DNA of 64,000 bases from SAR202 cluster bacterium (GCA_009392295.1 VFGW01000020.1:4616-68615), one strand, 5' to 3'; shown: positions 10,807 through 20,129, counted from the stretch's first letter. The notes: generated from the sequence alone by a model not told the origin. Translations and numbers: made by a program.

Positions 10807-11421
10807 ATGCAAAAATCTTATGTGTCCAACAAAAGAGTTTCTTTATTAGATAAATTAAAACAAAAATTATTTCATAACTTGAATGATATAGATGATTTTA
10901 ATAAATTAATTCCTTCTGCTGTAATGATTCTTTTGTATGAGAAAAATGATGAAGTTCATGTTACTTTGACTAAAAGATCAATGGATTTAAAACTTCATAA
11001 GGGTGAATTTTGTTTCCCAGGTGGAACTCAAGAAATTACTGATGAAAACTTACTTACTTCCGCTATTCGTGAATGTAAAGAAGAAATTGGGATCTTTGAT
11101 TCTGATTTTGAGATATTGGGTAGGCTTCCAGGTTACGCTAAAACATCAACTCATTATATAGTAGGATTCATAGGTAAAACACGCTTTGGTTATAAATATC
11201 ATTTAAATGATCAAGAAGTTAATTCAATCATTGAAATTCCACTAAAAAAATTAATGAATCCATCTAATATGAGATATGAATATTTAATGGATGAAAATGA
11301 TAGAATTAAAAAGATCTGTTGTTTCGGATATAACGGAAATTATATTTTTGGAGCAACTGCAGTTTTGTTGTCGAATTTGATTTGTGTATTTGAAGCTATT
11401 GAGGGCAATAAATGTGAATAA
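10807..11421 (+). CDS. NUDIX hydrolase, CoA pyrophosphatase-type
   Basis: NUDIX box GGTQEITDENLLTSAIRECKEEIGI, preceded by the CoA-ase motif LTKRSMDLKLHKGEFCFPGG (compare NudL / NUDT7). Confidence 0.75.
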   Translation: MQKSYVSNKRVSLLDKLKQKLFHNLNDIDDFNKLIPSAVMILLYEKNDEVHVTLTKRSMDLKLHKGEFCFPGGTQEITDENLLTSAIRECKEEIGIFDSDFEILGRLPGYAKTSTHYIVGFIGKTRFGYKYHLNDQEVNSIIEIPLKKLMNPSNMRYEYLMDENDRIKKICCFGYNGNYIFGATAVLLSNLICVFEAIEGNKCE

Positions 11422-14400
11422 TGATTTGACATTAATCGAAAAAATTAACAAAAACTTAATTGATCAGCCTGAGATATTAAAACAAGAATATTCGGTAGCT
11501 TATATTTTTTTGAATAGATTGAATGATGAGGAGTTAATTAATCATTGGTTAAGAACTTCTTTGTTGATTTTAGAAGGCGGTGGACGACAATGGGATGCGG
11601 CCCTTCAATTATTTAAGTCTACAGAAGATGTATTTCAACTTCTTGAAAAAGATCAATTTATTCAATGGTTAAATTCGGGGTTAGGATTTTCAGTAAAATC
11701 TTCTAATATTGCAGCTGTATATTTTTCATCAAGCTTAGAATTTTTCACAAAGTTTAGAGGTGAATTTTTTGATATATGGCAACAATTTGGTTTAGATCTT
11801 TTTAAAGGTACACTAGAGTCTGTTGATTTAGTAACAATATATTTTCAGAAGTCTTACAAGCTTTTTGAAGTATTATCTGAAAATGAATTTAAAGCTTTAA
11901 TATCTACAGTGATAAAAATTTCGAATAGATCAGATGATATAGCAAAGGATTGTTTGTTAAAAATTTTTGATATATTGAAATTGCTTCCATCAGGTAGAAA
12001 AAAATTCTTGGATTTAGTAATTTTATTGGAAGTTAATAATTTTCGTTTTTTAACTGCACTTTTTTCTAATTCAAAAACTCTTTTGTTAAATGTAAATATT
12101 CATAATAGAGTGCAATTGATAGATATTATAATTTCGATTGCAGATTACAATGATTTAAATTTAGAAAATTGTTTGGGATATTTTTCTAAATCTTTTTCTG
12201 AAATTCCAGAAAATTTTCATTTGATGATTATTCAATATGCATCACAATTAACTAGTCATGATAAGTCTATGCTAGAAAGTTTTCTAAATTCTGCCCCATT
12301 TGTATTGAAAAAAATTTCAGATATCCAATTTGCTAACTGGTTTAATAAAGGATATTCTCTTTATCTTGAAAATCCTCAAGCTGGCATAGCTTTTTTTGCA
12401 CTTGAATCAGCTAACTCTAAACAATTTCTAGATGAAATTTCTTCAGGTGTTGATTTGAAAAATGTTTTAGATTTATTAAAAATGTATTGTCAAGCTTTAG
12501 GCGGAGAAGATGTGGCTGTAGAATCATCTACTGCTACTGGTGATGATAACATTAGTTGGGTATCAACTGAATCTTCCTCTTATGGGAATATGGTTTTTTT
12601 ACCTACTAGGATAGACCGCTACAATTCGAAATTTGAAAATTATTCTATGTTTAAAGTTGTAGCTACTCATCAAGTTGCACATATAGAGTATGGAAGTTTT
12701 AAATTTGATTTTCTGAAATCAGGGAATGTTTTTAACAACATAAGACAACAAGTCCAATTTTCTACTTCACAGGAAGAAAAACAACCTCTAACTGACATGG
12801 CAAAATTTTTCAATTTATTTTCTGAAAAACAACTTGCTTTAGATATTTTTACAATTACAGAAGATTTTCGATTAGATAATAGGGTTTTGATTGAATATAA
12901 AGGTATCTCTAATTCGTATAAAAAAATCCAGCTTGATTCTTTAGTAAATCGACCTGATATACGTTCCTTACCTCCAAGAGAGTCATTAATTGAATTGTTG
13001 TTAAGATATAGTTTGAATCAAAATGATAAATTATTTTCTTCGTTGAAAAATATTCACCAAGCAAAAAATATATTGTACATATTGAACCAACTTCGAAATA
13101 ATAAATCAGATGTGGAAGATTCTGCAGAGGCTACTTTGAGGATTTATTCTATTATTATTTCTATTGATCAAAACGATAACCAGACTTCTTGGAAAGATAT
13201 TTCTAATGATCTTGATGAAGATTTACCATATATTGATGATTCTGAGATTTTACATAACTTAGATACAGGACAAAATGATTTTCTTAAAGATGATGATTAT
13301 CAAAAAATGAAAGATGTTGAATACAGAGGTGATTTTAAACCTGAGATGGGTCAATTAATAACAGATGTTCAGTCTCAGCTTGAAAATCCTCAAGAAAATG
13401 ATTCTGACAAAATCACTAAAGAAATGCTTGAATCTGCTTTAGAACAAAATGCAGATTCAACAGGAGAAGATTCTGGAGATTTATCTGATGGTTTAAAAGC
13501 TATGATTCAAAAATTGTCTATGGAAATGATGAATCAAGAACAGTTTTCAGCTGATCCAAATAAGATGTTTTCTGAAAAATCTTCTGATTCTGATTTATCT
13601 GATAATTCTGAATCTTTAAAGATCCATGAAGAAGGTACTTTTTTATATGATGAATGGGACTTCAAAGTAAGAGATTATCGGGTAGATTGGTGTTTAGTTA
13701 AAGAAAAATTTATTTCTGAAGGAAATTCAGAATATTATGATAGAACCTTACTTGAATATTCATCAATGGTAACTAAGATAAAACGGCAATTTGAACAGAT
13801 TACCCCAGAGATGTATCGTAAAGTTCGCAAGTTAGATGATGGAGAAGAAATAGACATTGATGATGTTATTGAAGCAATGATTGATATTAAATCTGGTGTT
13901 GGGCCAAGCGAAAAATTATATTGGAAAAGAAATAAAGTTCAAAGAGATGTTGCTGTCTTATTCCTACTAGATACAAGTGCTTCAACAGCTGAAGCAATAT
14001 CTGATGCGAGTTCTTATGTTGATTCAAGTAATATTGAGTCTAATCTTTCAAGAACTTCTTATAAAAGAATTATCGATGTTGAGAAAGAGGCTGTAGTTTT
14101 GTTAATCAATGCCATTGAATCCTTGGGTGATATGTATGGAATTTATGGCTTTTCGGGCTATGGGAGAGAAAATGTTGAATTTTATACAGTGAAAGATATT
14201 GAAGAACCATTTTCAGATACTATTAAAGGCAGAGTTGAAAGTATTTCTCCATTGCATGCGACTAGAATGGGTCCTGCTATTCGCCATGCTACTACTAAGT
14301 TAGATCGAGTTGATGCTAGAACTAAGCTACTTTTTTTAATCAGTGACGGTAGGCCACAAGATAGAGGTTATAGTCGTGAAGGTGTTGAAAAAGAATATGG

Positions 14401-14590
14401 TGTTCATGATACTAAAATGGCTTTAGATGAAGCCAAAAACAAAAATATTAATGCTTTTTGCTTGACTGTGGATAAAACGGGGCATGATTATTTAAAAACA
14501 ATGTGCCAGGATATGGCATATGAAATTTTAGATGATATTCATATATTACCCGAAAGGTTGTTATATTTGTATAGAAGATTGACTACTTAG
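11384..14590 (+). CDS. Large VWA-domain protein, CbbO/NorD-like partner of the AAA+ ATPase
   Basis: C-terminal VWA domain with MIDAS start VAVLFLLDTSASTAE and later LFLISDGRPQD. It has a long helical N-region and an acidic/Ser-rich low-complexity segment. Gene-pair logic links it to the upstream CbbQ-like gene. The real start may be GTG 11411. Confidence 0.7.
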   Translation: MYLKLLRAINVNNDLTLIEKINKNLIDQPEILKQEYSVAYIFLNRLNDEELINHWLRTSLLILEGGGRQWDAALQLFKSTEDVFQLLEKDQFIQWLNSGLGFSVKSSNIAAVYFSSSLEFFTKFRGEFFDIWQQFGLDLFKGTLESVDLVTIYFQKSYKLFEVLSENEFKALISTVIKISNRSDDIAKDCLLKIFDILKLLPSGRKKFLDLVILLEVNNFRFLTALFSNSKTLLLNVNIHNRVQLIDIIISIADYNDLNLENCLGYFSKSFSEIPENFHLMIIQYASQLTSHDKSMLESFLNSAPFVLKKISDIQFANWFNKGYSLYLENPQAGIAFFALESANSKQFLDEISSGVDLKNVLDLLKMYCQALGGEDVAVESSTATGDDNISWVSTESSSYGNMVFLPTRIDRYNSKFENYSMFKVVATHQVAHIEYGSFKFDFLKSGNVFNNIRQQVQFSTSQEEKQPLTDMAKFFNLFSEKQLALDIFTITEDFRLDNRVLIEYKGISNSYKKIQLDSLVNRPDIRSLPPRESLIELLLRYSLNQNDKLFSSLKNIHQAKNILYILNQLRNNKSDVEDSAEATLRIYSIIISIDQNDNQTSWKDISNDLDEDLPYIDDSEILHNLDTGQNDFLKDDDYQKMKDVEYRGDFKPEMGQLITDVQSQLENPQENDSDKITKEMLESALEQNADSTGEDSGDLSDGLKAMIQKLSMEMMNQEQFSADPNKMFSEKSSDSDLSDNSESLKIHEEGTFLYDEWDFKVRDYRVDWCLVKEKFISEGNSEYYDRTLLEYSSMVTKIKRQFEQITPEMYRKVRKLDDGEEIDIDDVIEAMIDIKSGVGPSEKLYWKRNKVQRDVAVLFLLDTSASTAEAISDASSYVDSSNIESNLSRTSYKRIIDVEKEAVVLLINAIESLGDMYGIYGFSGYGRENVEFYTVKDIEEPFSDTIKGRVESISPLHATRMGPAIRHATTKLDRVDARTKLLFLISDGRPQDRGYSREGVEKEYGVHDTKMALDEAKNKNINAFCLTVDKTGHDYLKTMCQDMAYEILDDIHILPERLLYLYRRLTT

Positions 14591-14616
14591 TATTCATTTA
14601 TATAGATGAGGCTTTT

Positions 14617-15828
14617 ATGAAGGTTGCATATTTACAGACAATAGGTGGAATTAGTGGAGATATGTTTTTAGCATCTTTAATGCATGTAGGCGTGGATGTC
14701 ACAAGATTAAATTATGACTTAAACCAATTAGGTGTAGGTAGAATTAAGATTACTTCTAAGCAAAATTCTCATATAGGATTTAGTGGTTTGATTTCTAAAA
14801 TAGAATATGAAAATCACAATTGGAAAGCTAGAAATTTCCAAGACTTCATTTCAATTGTTGAAAAGTCTACTTTAAGTAATAATGTTAAGAGAAAATCGAT
14901 AGAAATTTTTCAGAACTTAGAAATAGCAGAAAATGTTGCGCATAAAGGTCAAGGATCAAAATTTCATTTACATGAGTTGGGTACTTTAGATACATTAATA
15001 GATGTTGTTGGTGTGATTTTATCTTTTGAGCAATTAGGAATTACTCAGGTGTTTTCTGGTGCGTTACCTATCAATAGTGGAACTATTTCTACTAAACATG
15101 GTCTTATGCCTGCAACCTCACCTGCAACTTCAGCTTTATTAACTCAATCTAATGCGCCAGTATTTCAACCAGATCTTCCTGAAGCTATTTTGAATTCTAT
15201 TGGTGAAATCATTACTCCGACAGGCACGGCTATTTTAACAACGATTGCAACTTTTGAAAAACCATTAATCACAGCTGAAAAGTTTGGGTATGGTTTTGGC
15301 CACAAACAAGTAAATGGATATTTAAATCTTCTAACTACATGGATTGGTAGTGTAAATCCGGATAGTAGAAAACAGTTATTATTGATTGAAACTAATATAG
15401 ATAATATGTCTTCAGAAATTATTGGTTTTATTCAGGAACGTTTATTTGCTATTGGAGTAAATGATGTTTGGACGACACCTATTTATATGAAAAAAAATCG
15501 TCCTGGAATTATTTTAAGTGTTTTGTTAGATAAAGATTTAGAATCACAAGTTATCGAAATGATATATAATGAAACTACTACTTTAGGTTTGAGAATGCAA
15601 ACTGTTTTACGTGATCAATTAATAAGAGAAATTTTGCCAATTGAATCAGAATTTGGGAAAATTGATGTTAAATTAAAGTATTTTGAAAATAAACTGGTTA
15701 GTTTTCACCCCGAGTATGAAGATTGTAAAATAGCAGCTAATAAGTTCAATAAACCTTATCAATATATATATGATTCTGTTTTAAAACAAGCTAAAGAATT
15801 TTTTAAAAACAATTATAATTTAAGTTAA
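14617..15828 (+). CDS. larC: LarC-family nickel insertion protein (pyridinium-3,5-bisthiocarboxylic acid mononucleotide nickel chelatase, DUF111)
   Basis: N-terminus MKVAYLQTIGGISGDMFLASL and full-length (403 aa) colinearity with the LarC/DUF111 pattern (HLHELGTLDTLIDVVG, ETNIDNMS). The frame is intact, with no frameshift. Confidence 0.8.
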   Translation: MKVAYLQTIGGISGDMFLASLMHVGVDVTRLNYDLNQLGVGRIKITSKQNSHIGFSGLISKIEYENHNWKARNFQDFISIVEKSTLSNNVKRKSIEIFQNLEIAENVAHKGQGSKFHLHELGTLDTLIDVVGVILSFEQLGITQVFSGALPINSGTISTKHGLMPATSPATSALLTQSNAPVFQPDLPEAILNSIGEIITPTGTAILTTIATFEKPLITAEKFGYGFGHKQVNGYLNLLTTWIGSVNPDSRKQLLLIETNIDNMSSEIIGFIQERLFAIGVNDVWTTPIYMKKNRPGIILSVLLDKDLESQVIEMIYNETTTLGLRMQTVLRDQLIREILPIESEFGKIDVKLKYFENKLVSFHPEYEDCKIAANKFNKPYQYIYDSVLKQAKEFFKNNYNLS

Positions 15829-15841
15829 TGTTAGATTTTAT

Positions 15842-17020
15842 ATGCAAGATAATAGTTATATTTATTTAGACCATGCCGCTACAACTTCTGTGCACCCTGA
15901 AGTTGTAGAAGCAATGAATCCGTTTTTTTCTGAATATTATGGTAATCCTTCAGGTCTTTATAGTATGGCCCAAGAATCTAGAAGATCTGTTGATCAATCT
16001 AGAAAAATAATTTCAAATTTTCTTGGTTGTAGACCTAGTGAAATTATTTTTACCAGTGGAGGAACAGAATCTGATAATTTAGCTATTAAAGGCTCTGTAA
16101 ATGTCAATAATTCTTCAGGGAGACATGTATTAACCACGTCTATAGAACATCATGCTGTTTTAAATTCTTGTTTGCAATTAGAGGAAATTGGATTTGATGT
16201 TGAGTATTTAACACCTGATTCTGACGGATTGATTGACCCACATGAAATTTATAATCGAATTCGGAAAGAAACTGTTTTGGTTTCTATTATGTTAGTTAAT
16301 AATGAAATTGGCACAGTCCAGCCGATTTCACGAATTACTGAAATGATTAAACAAAAATCAACAGAGTTAGGAATTAAGATTCCTTTTCATACGGATGCAG
16401 TACAGGCAATAGAATTTGAAGAAATAAATGTTAATACACTTGGAGTTGATCTTTTAAGTCTTTCTGGCCATAAATTTGGAGGTCCGAAAGGTGTTGGTGT
16501 TTTGTATATTCGTAGAGGCGTACCATTGAACTCTTTACAGTCGGGAGGTGGGCAAGAACGAGAACGGAGATCTGGTACTGAAAATGTTCCAGGAATTGTT
16601 GGGTTATCCAAAGCTATTTCTATACTTGATATTAGAAAGGAAGCAAACAAAAGATATTGTAGAAATCTTAGAGATCGTTTAATTGATGGTATAAGTAAAA
16701 GAATTCCTGGAACCTATCTTAATGGGCATCCTACTATTAGAGTAGATAATAATGTGAATTTTTGTTTTGAAGGAATTGAAGGAGAACCATTATTAGTAGG
16801 ACTTGATTTTAATGGCATTTTTGCTTCAAGTGGCAGTGCTTGTTCTTCGGGTTCTTTAGAGGCTTCGCATGTTTTAACTTCTATAGGAAGACCTGTTGAA
16901 TTAGCTAAGAGTAGTTTGAGATTAACTTTAGGCTACACTAACACTTCTGATGAAATAGATTATGTTTTGGATAAATTGGTTGAATTGGTTTCAAAATTAC
17001 GTAGTATGCCTATATTATAA
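15842..17020 (+). CDS. Cysteine desulfurase (NifS/IscS class I)
   Basis: IYLDHAATT, GGTESDNLAIKG, PLP-lysine motif LSLSGHKFGGPKGVG and active-site loop SSGSACSSGS. Confidence 0.9.
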   Translation: MQDNSYIYLDHAATTSVHPEVVEAMNPFFSEYYGNPSGLYSMAQESRRSVDQSRKIISNFLGCRPSEIIFTSGGTESDNLAIKGSVNVNNSSGRHVLTTSIEHHAVLNSCLQLEEIGFDVEYLTPDSDGLIDPHEIYNRIRKETVLVSIMLVNNEIGTVQPISRITEMIKQKSTELGIKIPFHTDAVQAIEFEEINVNTLGVDLLSLSGHKFGGPKGVGVLYIRRGVPLNSLQSGGGQERERRSGTENVPGIVGLSKAISILDIRKEANKRYCRNLRDRLIDGISKRIPGTYLNGHPTIRVDNNVNFCFEGIEGEPLLVGLDFNGIFASSGSACSSGSLEASHVLTSIGRPVELAKSSLRLTLGYTNTSDEIDYVLDKLVELVSKLRSMPIL

Positions 17021-17112
17021 TTTTAATTCATTTTTATTTTAGCCAATTTATTGATGAAAGTTTTTTTGATCTAGTTTACAATTTGATTATAAAAATATTT
17101 TGAGGAGATCTA

Positions 17113-17445
17113 ATGGGTAGTACTGTTGCTGTAACTGATCAGACTTTTGAGGAAGAGGTCTTAAAATCTACAATTCCTGTTCTAGTTGATTTTTGGGCTG
17201 AATGGTGTGGGCCATGTAAAATGATTGCTCCAATTTTAGATAAATTATCTACTGAATATGAAGGTAAATTAAAGATTGCTAAAGTTGATGTTGATTCTAA
17301 TGCTGAAAAAGCTGGTGAATATGGAGTTCGTGGTATTCCTACATTATTAATATTCAATCCAGGAAATCCACAACCAGCTGATCAAATTGTGGGAGCTCTG
17401 CCAGAGGCAACATTGAGAGCTCGAATTGATAAAGTAATTTCCTGA
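17113..17445 (+). CDS. trxA: Thioredoxin
   Basis: 110 aa with VLVDFWAEWCGPCKMIAP (WCGPC) and GIPTLLIF. Confidence 0.9.
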   Translation: MGSTVAVTDQTFEEEVLKSTIPVLVDFWAEWCGPCKMIAPILDKLSTEYEGKLKIAKVDVDSNAEKAGEYGVRGIPTLLIFNPGNPQPADQIVGALPEATLRARIDKVIS

Positions 17446-17471
17446 TTCAATTTAAGTATTAGGAACACTTT

Positions 17472-17569
17472 GGGAGCGGATGAATTCCGGTGGATTCTGC
17501 GGACTTCAAATCCGTTTATGGCTATCCTTCGATAGGCATGGAGGGTTCGACTCCCTTGCGCTCCCGCCA
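17472..17569 (+). tRNA. selC: tRNA-Sec (anticodon UCA)
   Basis: Hand fold of a 98-nt sequence. The acceptor arm is GGGAGCG(G)/(G)CGCUCCC followed by G-CCA. The D-stem is 6 bp (GAAUUC/GGAUUC) with a 4-nt loop CGGU. The anticodon loop is CUUCAAA (UCA). There is a long variable arm (about 22 nt, AUGGCUAU..AUAGGCAU) and a T-arm GAGGG-UUCGACU-CCCUU. This architecture is as in E. coli selC (from memory), and selA lies 8.5 kb away. Confidence 0.9.
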
Positions 17570-17646
17570 ATTTATGTATATATTGCCTATTATAGTTATT
17601 TGATATTTAATCTTAAAGTTTTAAGAAACAAATCGTTTGGTGATCA

Positions 17647-18924
17647 ATGAGATTTGAAACTGCATTTTCTATTGATACTTCAAGTATAAAATTTGGGCCT
17701 GGTGTAAGTTTAGAAACAGGATACGAATTAAATCGTTTAGGTAGTAAAAAAGTAATGGTTTTAACAGACCATAATGTTGTTAAAACTAAAATTTTTCAAG
17801 ATATTATTAATTCAATTAATAATGTGAAAATTAAATTTTCAATTTATAAAAATGTTCTAGTTGAACCTACAGATAAATCTTTTAAAGATGCAATTGAATA
17901 TGCAAATGCCGAGAGAGTTGATGGTTTTGTTGCAATTGGTGGAGGATCAACTATAGACACTGCTAAAGCGGCAAATTTATATTCTACATACCAAGAAAAC
18001 TTTTTAACTTATGTCAATGCACCTATAGGAATGGGGAAAAATGTACCCGGCCCCCTTAAACCACTTGTTGCAATACCTACAACTACAGGTACAGGTAGTG
18101 AGACAACAGGGATTTCTATATTTGATTTTTTGGAAATCAAAGCAAAAACTGGAATAGCTCACAGGTATTTAAGACCTAATGTTGGTTTGATTGACCCAAA
18201 TGTTACAGATACATTGCCAAGTATGGTTATTGCTTGTAGTGGCTTAGATGTTTTATGTCATGGATTGGAATCATATACAGCGTTGCCATATCATAATAGA
18301 ATAGCACCAAAAACTCCAGAATTCCGCCCGAGTTATCAAGGTTCAAACCCAATAAGTGATGTTTGGAGTGCAAAGGCAATTCAAATGGTTGGGGACAATA
18401 TTATTTCTGCAGTTAATGAACCAGATAACAAAGAAGCTCGCTCGAATATGTTGTTAGCTGCAACATATGCTGGTGTAGGTTTTGGAAATGCAGGATGTCA
18501 TTTGCCTCATGGCATGTCTTATCCAGTTTCAGGCATGGTTTCCAAATTTATTCCAAATGGATATTTTGGTTCAGGCCCTATTATTCCTCATGGCATGTCT
18601 GTAGCTTTAAATGCACCCGCAGTGTTTAAATTTACAGGTTTTTCGAACCCAGATAGACATTTGAATGCTGCTAGATTTTTGGGAAAAGATATTACACATA
18701 CAACTAAGAGTTCGGCAGGGGAAATTTTAGCAAATGCTGTGATTGAAATTATGCAAAAAGTTGGTATGCCCAATGGTTTAAAATCTGTTGGATATTCTGA
18801 AAAAGATGTGCCTCAATTAGTTGCAGGCACGTTACCTCAACACAGAGTAACAAAGTTAACACCAATTCCTTTTACATCAGATGATTTAAGAGATATGTTC
18901 CTAGATTCAATGGATTTATGGTGA
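17647..18924 (+). CDS. Iron-containing alcohol dehydrogenase family (hydroxyacid-oxoacid transhydrogenase-like)
   Basis: GGGSTIDTAKAA, PTTTGTGSETT, and the His-rich metal site region LCHGLES / GCHLPHGMS. Confidence 0.8.
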   Translation: MRFETAFSIDTSSIKFGPGVSLETGYELNRLGSKKVMVLTDHNVVKTKIFQDIINSINNVKIKFSIYKNVLVEPTDKSFKDAIEYANAERVDGFVAIGGGSTIDTAKAANLYSTYQENFLTYVNAPIGMGKNVPGPLKPLVAIPTTTGTGSETTGISIFDFLEIKAKTGIAHRYLRPNVGLIDPNVTDTLPSMVIACSGLDVLCHGLESYTALPYHNRIAPKTPEFRPSYQGSNPISDVWSAKAIQMVGDNIISAVNEPDNKEARSNMLLAATYAGVGFGNAGCHLPHGMSYPVSGMVSKFIPNGYFGSGPIIPHGMSVALNAPAVFKFTGFSNPDRHLNAARFLGKDITHTTKSSAGEILANAVIEIMQKVGMPNGLKSVGYSEKDVPQLVAGTLPQHRVTKLTPIPFTSDDLRDMFLDSMDLW

Positions 18925-19004
18925 TATTTTTTGAGATGTAGCAAATGTTATATATTTAAGTAATTAACTGATACAATTATGTAATCTATATTTAGGAGAT
19001 AATT

Positions 19005-19583
19005 ATGGGTTTTTCTTTGTCATATCTTAGTTCTTTTGTTTGGATAAATTTAATTTTTGGTTTTTTTGTTTTACTTTCGTATATATTAGGTATTCTTCAA
19101 TTCCCTGAATATAGAGAGGCATTATGGGGCGGCGTACATGGAGCTTTAAGACAGAAATTCATTATTTCAATGCTTATTGCAGCCGTAGGATATCTGTTGT
19201 TTTTTTCATATATTGTATATTTTTATCTTATAAATGGTGATTGCTTAAAACAATTGCATTTTTTAAATATTTTAAATTTTTCTCAAGCATTAAATTTTTC
19301 AGTTTTGATATTTTTGGCTTTTGCTGCTATTTGGATGCCTACTTTAATTATATATTTACAGTCATCTAATTCTATCTTTTTATATATTTCAAATGTATCT
19401 TTGTGGATTACTGCATTTGCTTCTATATTAATTTTGCTTACTACTACTTTTGGATTTTTAAATCTCAATTATAATATTAAAGATTCATTTTTTTCATACT
19501 TAACTTTAGCTGGTCTTATTCAGGTAGTTTTCCACTGTTTGGTTATAGATGGAATAATTTTTGTAATGAAATTTCCAAAATAG
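19005..19583 (+). CDS. Hypothetical polytopic membrane protein
   Basis: 192-aa ORF with about 5-6 hydrophobic helices. No family recognised. Confidence 0.4.
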   Translation: MGFSLSYLSSFVWINLIFGFFVLLSYILGILQFPEYREALWGGVHGALRQKFIISMLIAAVGYLLFFSYIVYFYLINGDCLKQLHFLNILNFSQALNFSVLIFLAFAAIWMPTLIIYLQSSNSIFLYISNVSLWITAFASILILLTTTFGFLNLNYNIKDSFFSYLTLAGLIQVVFHCLVIDGIIFVMKFPK

Positions 19584-19604
19584 TTTATTTGTTTTTTGGT
19601 CTAA

Positions 19605-20072
19605 TTATTTTGACATGTCTAAAATGATAGACCATTCTATTTCCGTTACTGGTTGTACTGATAGGCGAGAATTTTTTACTAATACCATATTAGATAATTT
19701 TTTATTGTTTTTAACTTCTTGTAGTGTAATTGGAGTTTTAAATATTTTGTCGGCTTTAATATCTACCATAAACCATTTTGGATTTTGAGGTGTGCTTTTT
19801 GGGTCAAAATGCTTGGATTTTGGATCCCAGGATGTGAAATCTGGATAACCTTCTTTGACCACTATTGCAGTTCCAACTATTTGTGAAGGTTTTGAATTAG
19901 AGTGGTAGTACAAAACTTGATCATTAATTTTCATTTCGTTTTGCAGGATGTTTCTAGCTTGATAATTTCTGACTCCATCCCATTCAGCAGTTTGTTCTGG
20001 TTCTTTAAGTAAATCAGAAAAAGAATAGTCTGATGGTTCTGATTTTACTAACCAATAATTAATTTTTTTCAT
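19605..20072 (-). CDS. EVE (PUA-like) domain protein
   Basis: MKKINYWLVKSEPSDYSFSDL...WDGVRNYQARN...MKINDQVLYYHSN...IVGTAIVVKEGYPD is the EVE-domain pattern. I use the start at ATG 20072 (M22 of the track ORF). Confidence 0.7.
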   Translation of the reverse strand: MKKINYWLVKSEPSDYSFSDLLKEPEQTAEWDGVRNYQARNILQNEMKINDQVLYYHSNSKPSQIVGTAIVVKEGYPDFTSWDPKSKHFDPKSTPQNPKWFMVDIKADKIFKTPITLQEVKNNKKLSNMVLVKNSRLSVQPVTEIEWSIILDMSK

Positions 20073-20129
20073 ATTATCTTTCGTAAACAATGTTATATAA
20101 TTTTGAGTATCGATTATGTGAGTTAAATT

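Noticed and set aside
17382-17570. 62-aa minus-strand ORF overlapping the trxA end and the spacer
   Set aside because: It is the shadow of tRNA-Sec (17472..17569) on the opposite strand and has no coding features.
18922-18969. TGA stop of the Fe-ADH gene followed by an open frame (YFLRCSKCYIFK) with a CxxC motif
   Set aside because: The extension is only 12 codons with no downstream hairpin, and the ADH family normally ends at about this point. I judge it a chance occurrence.
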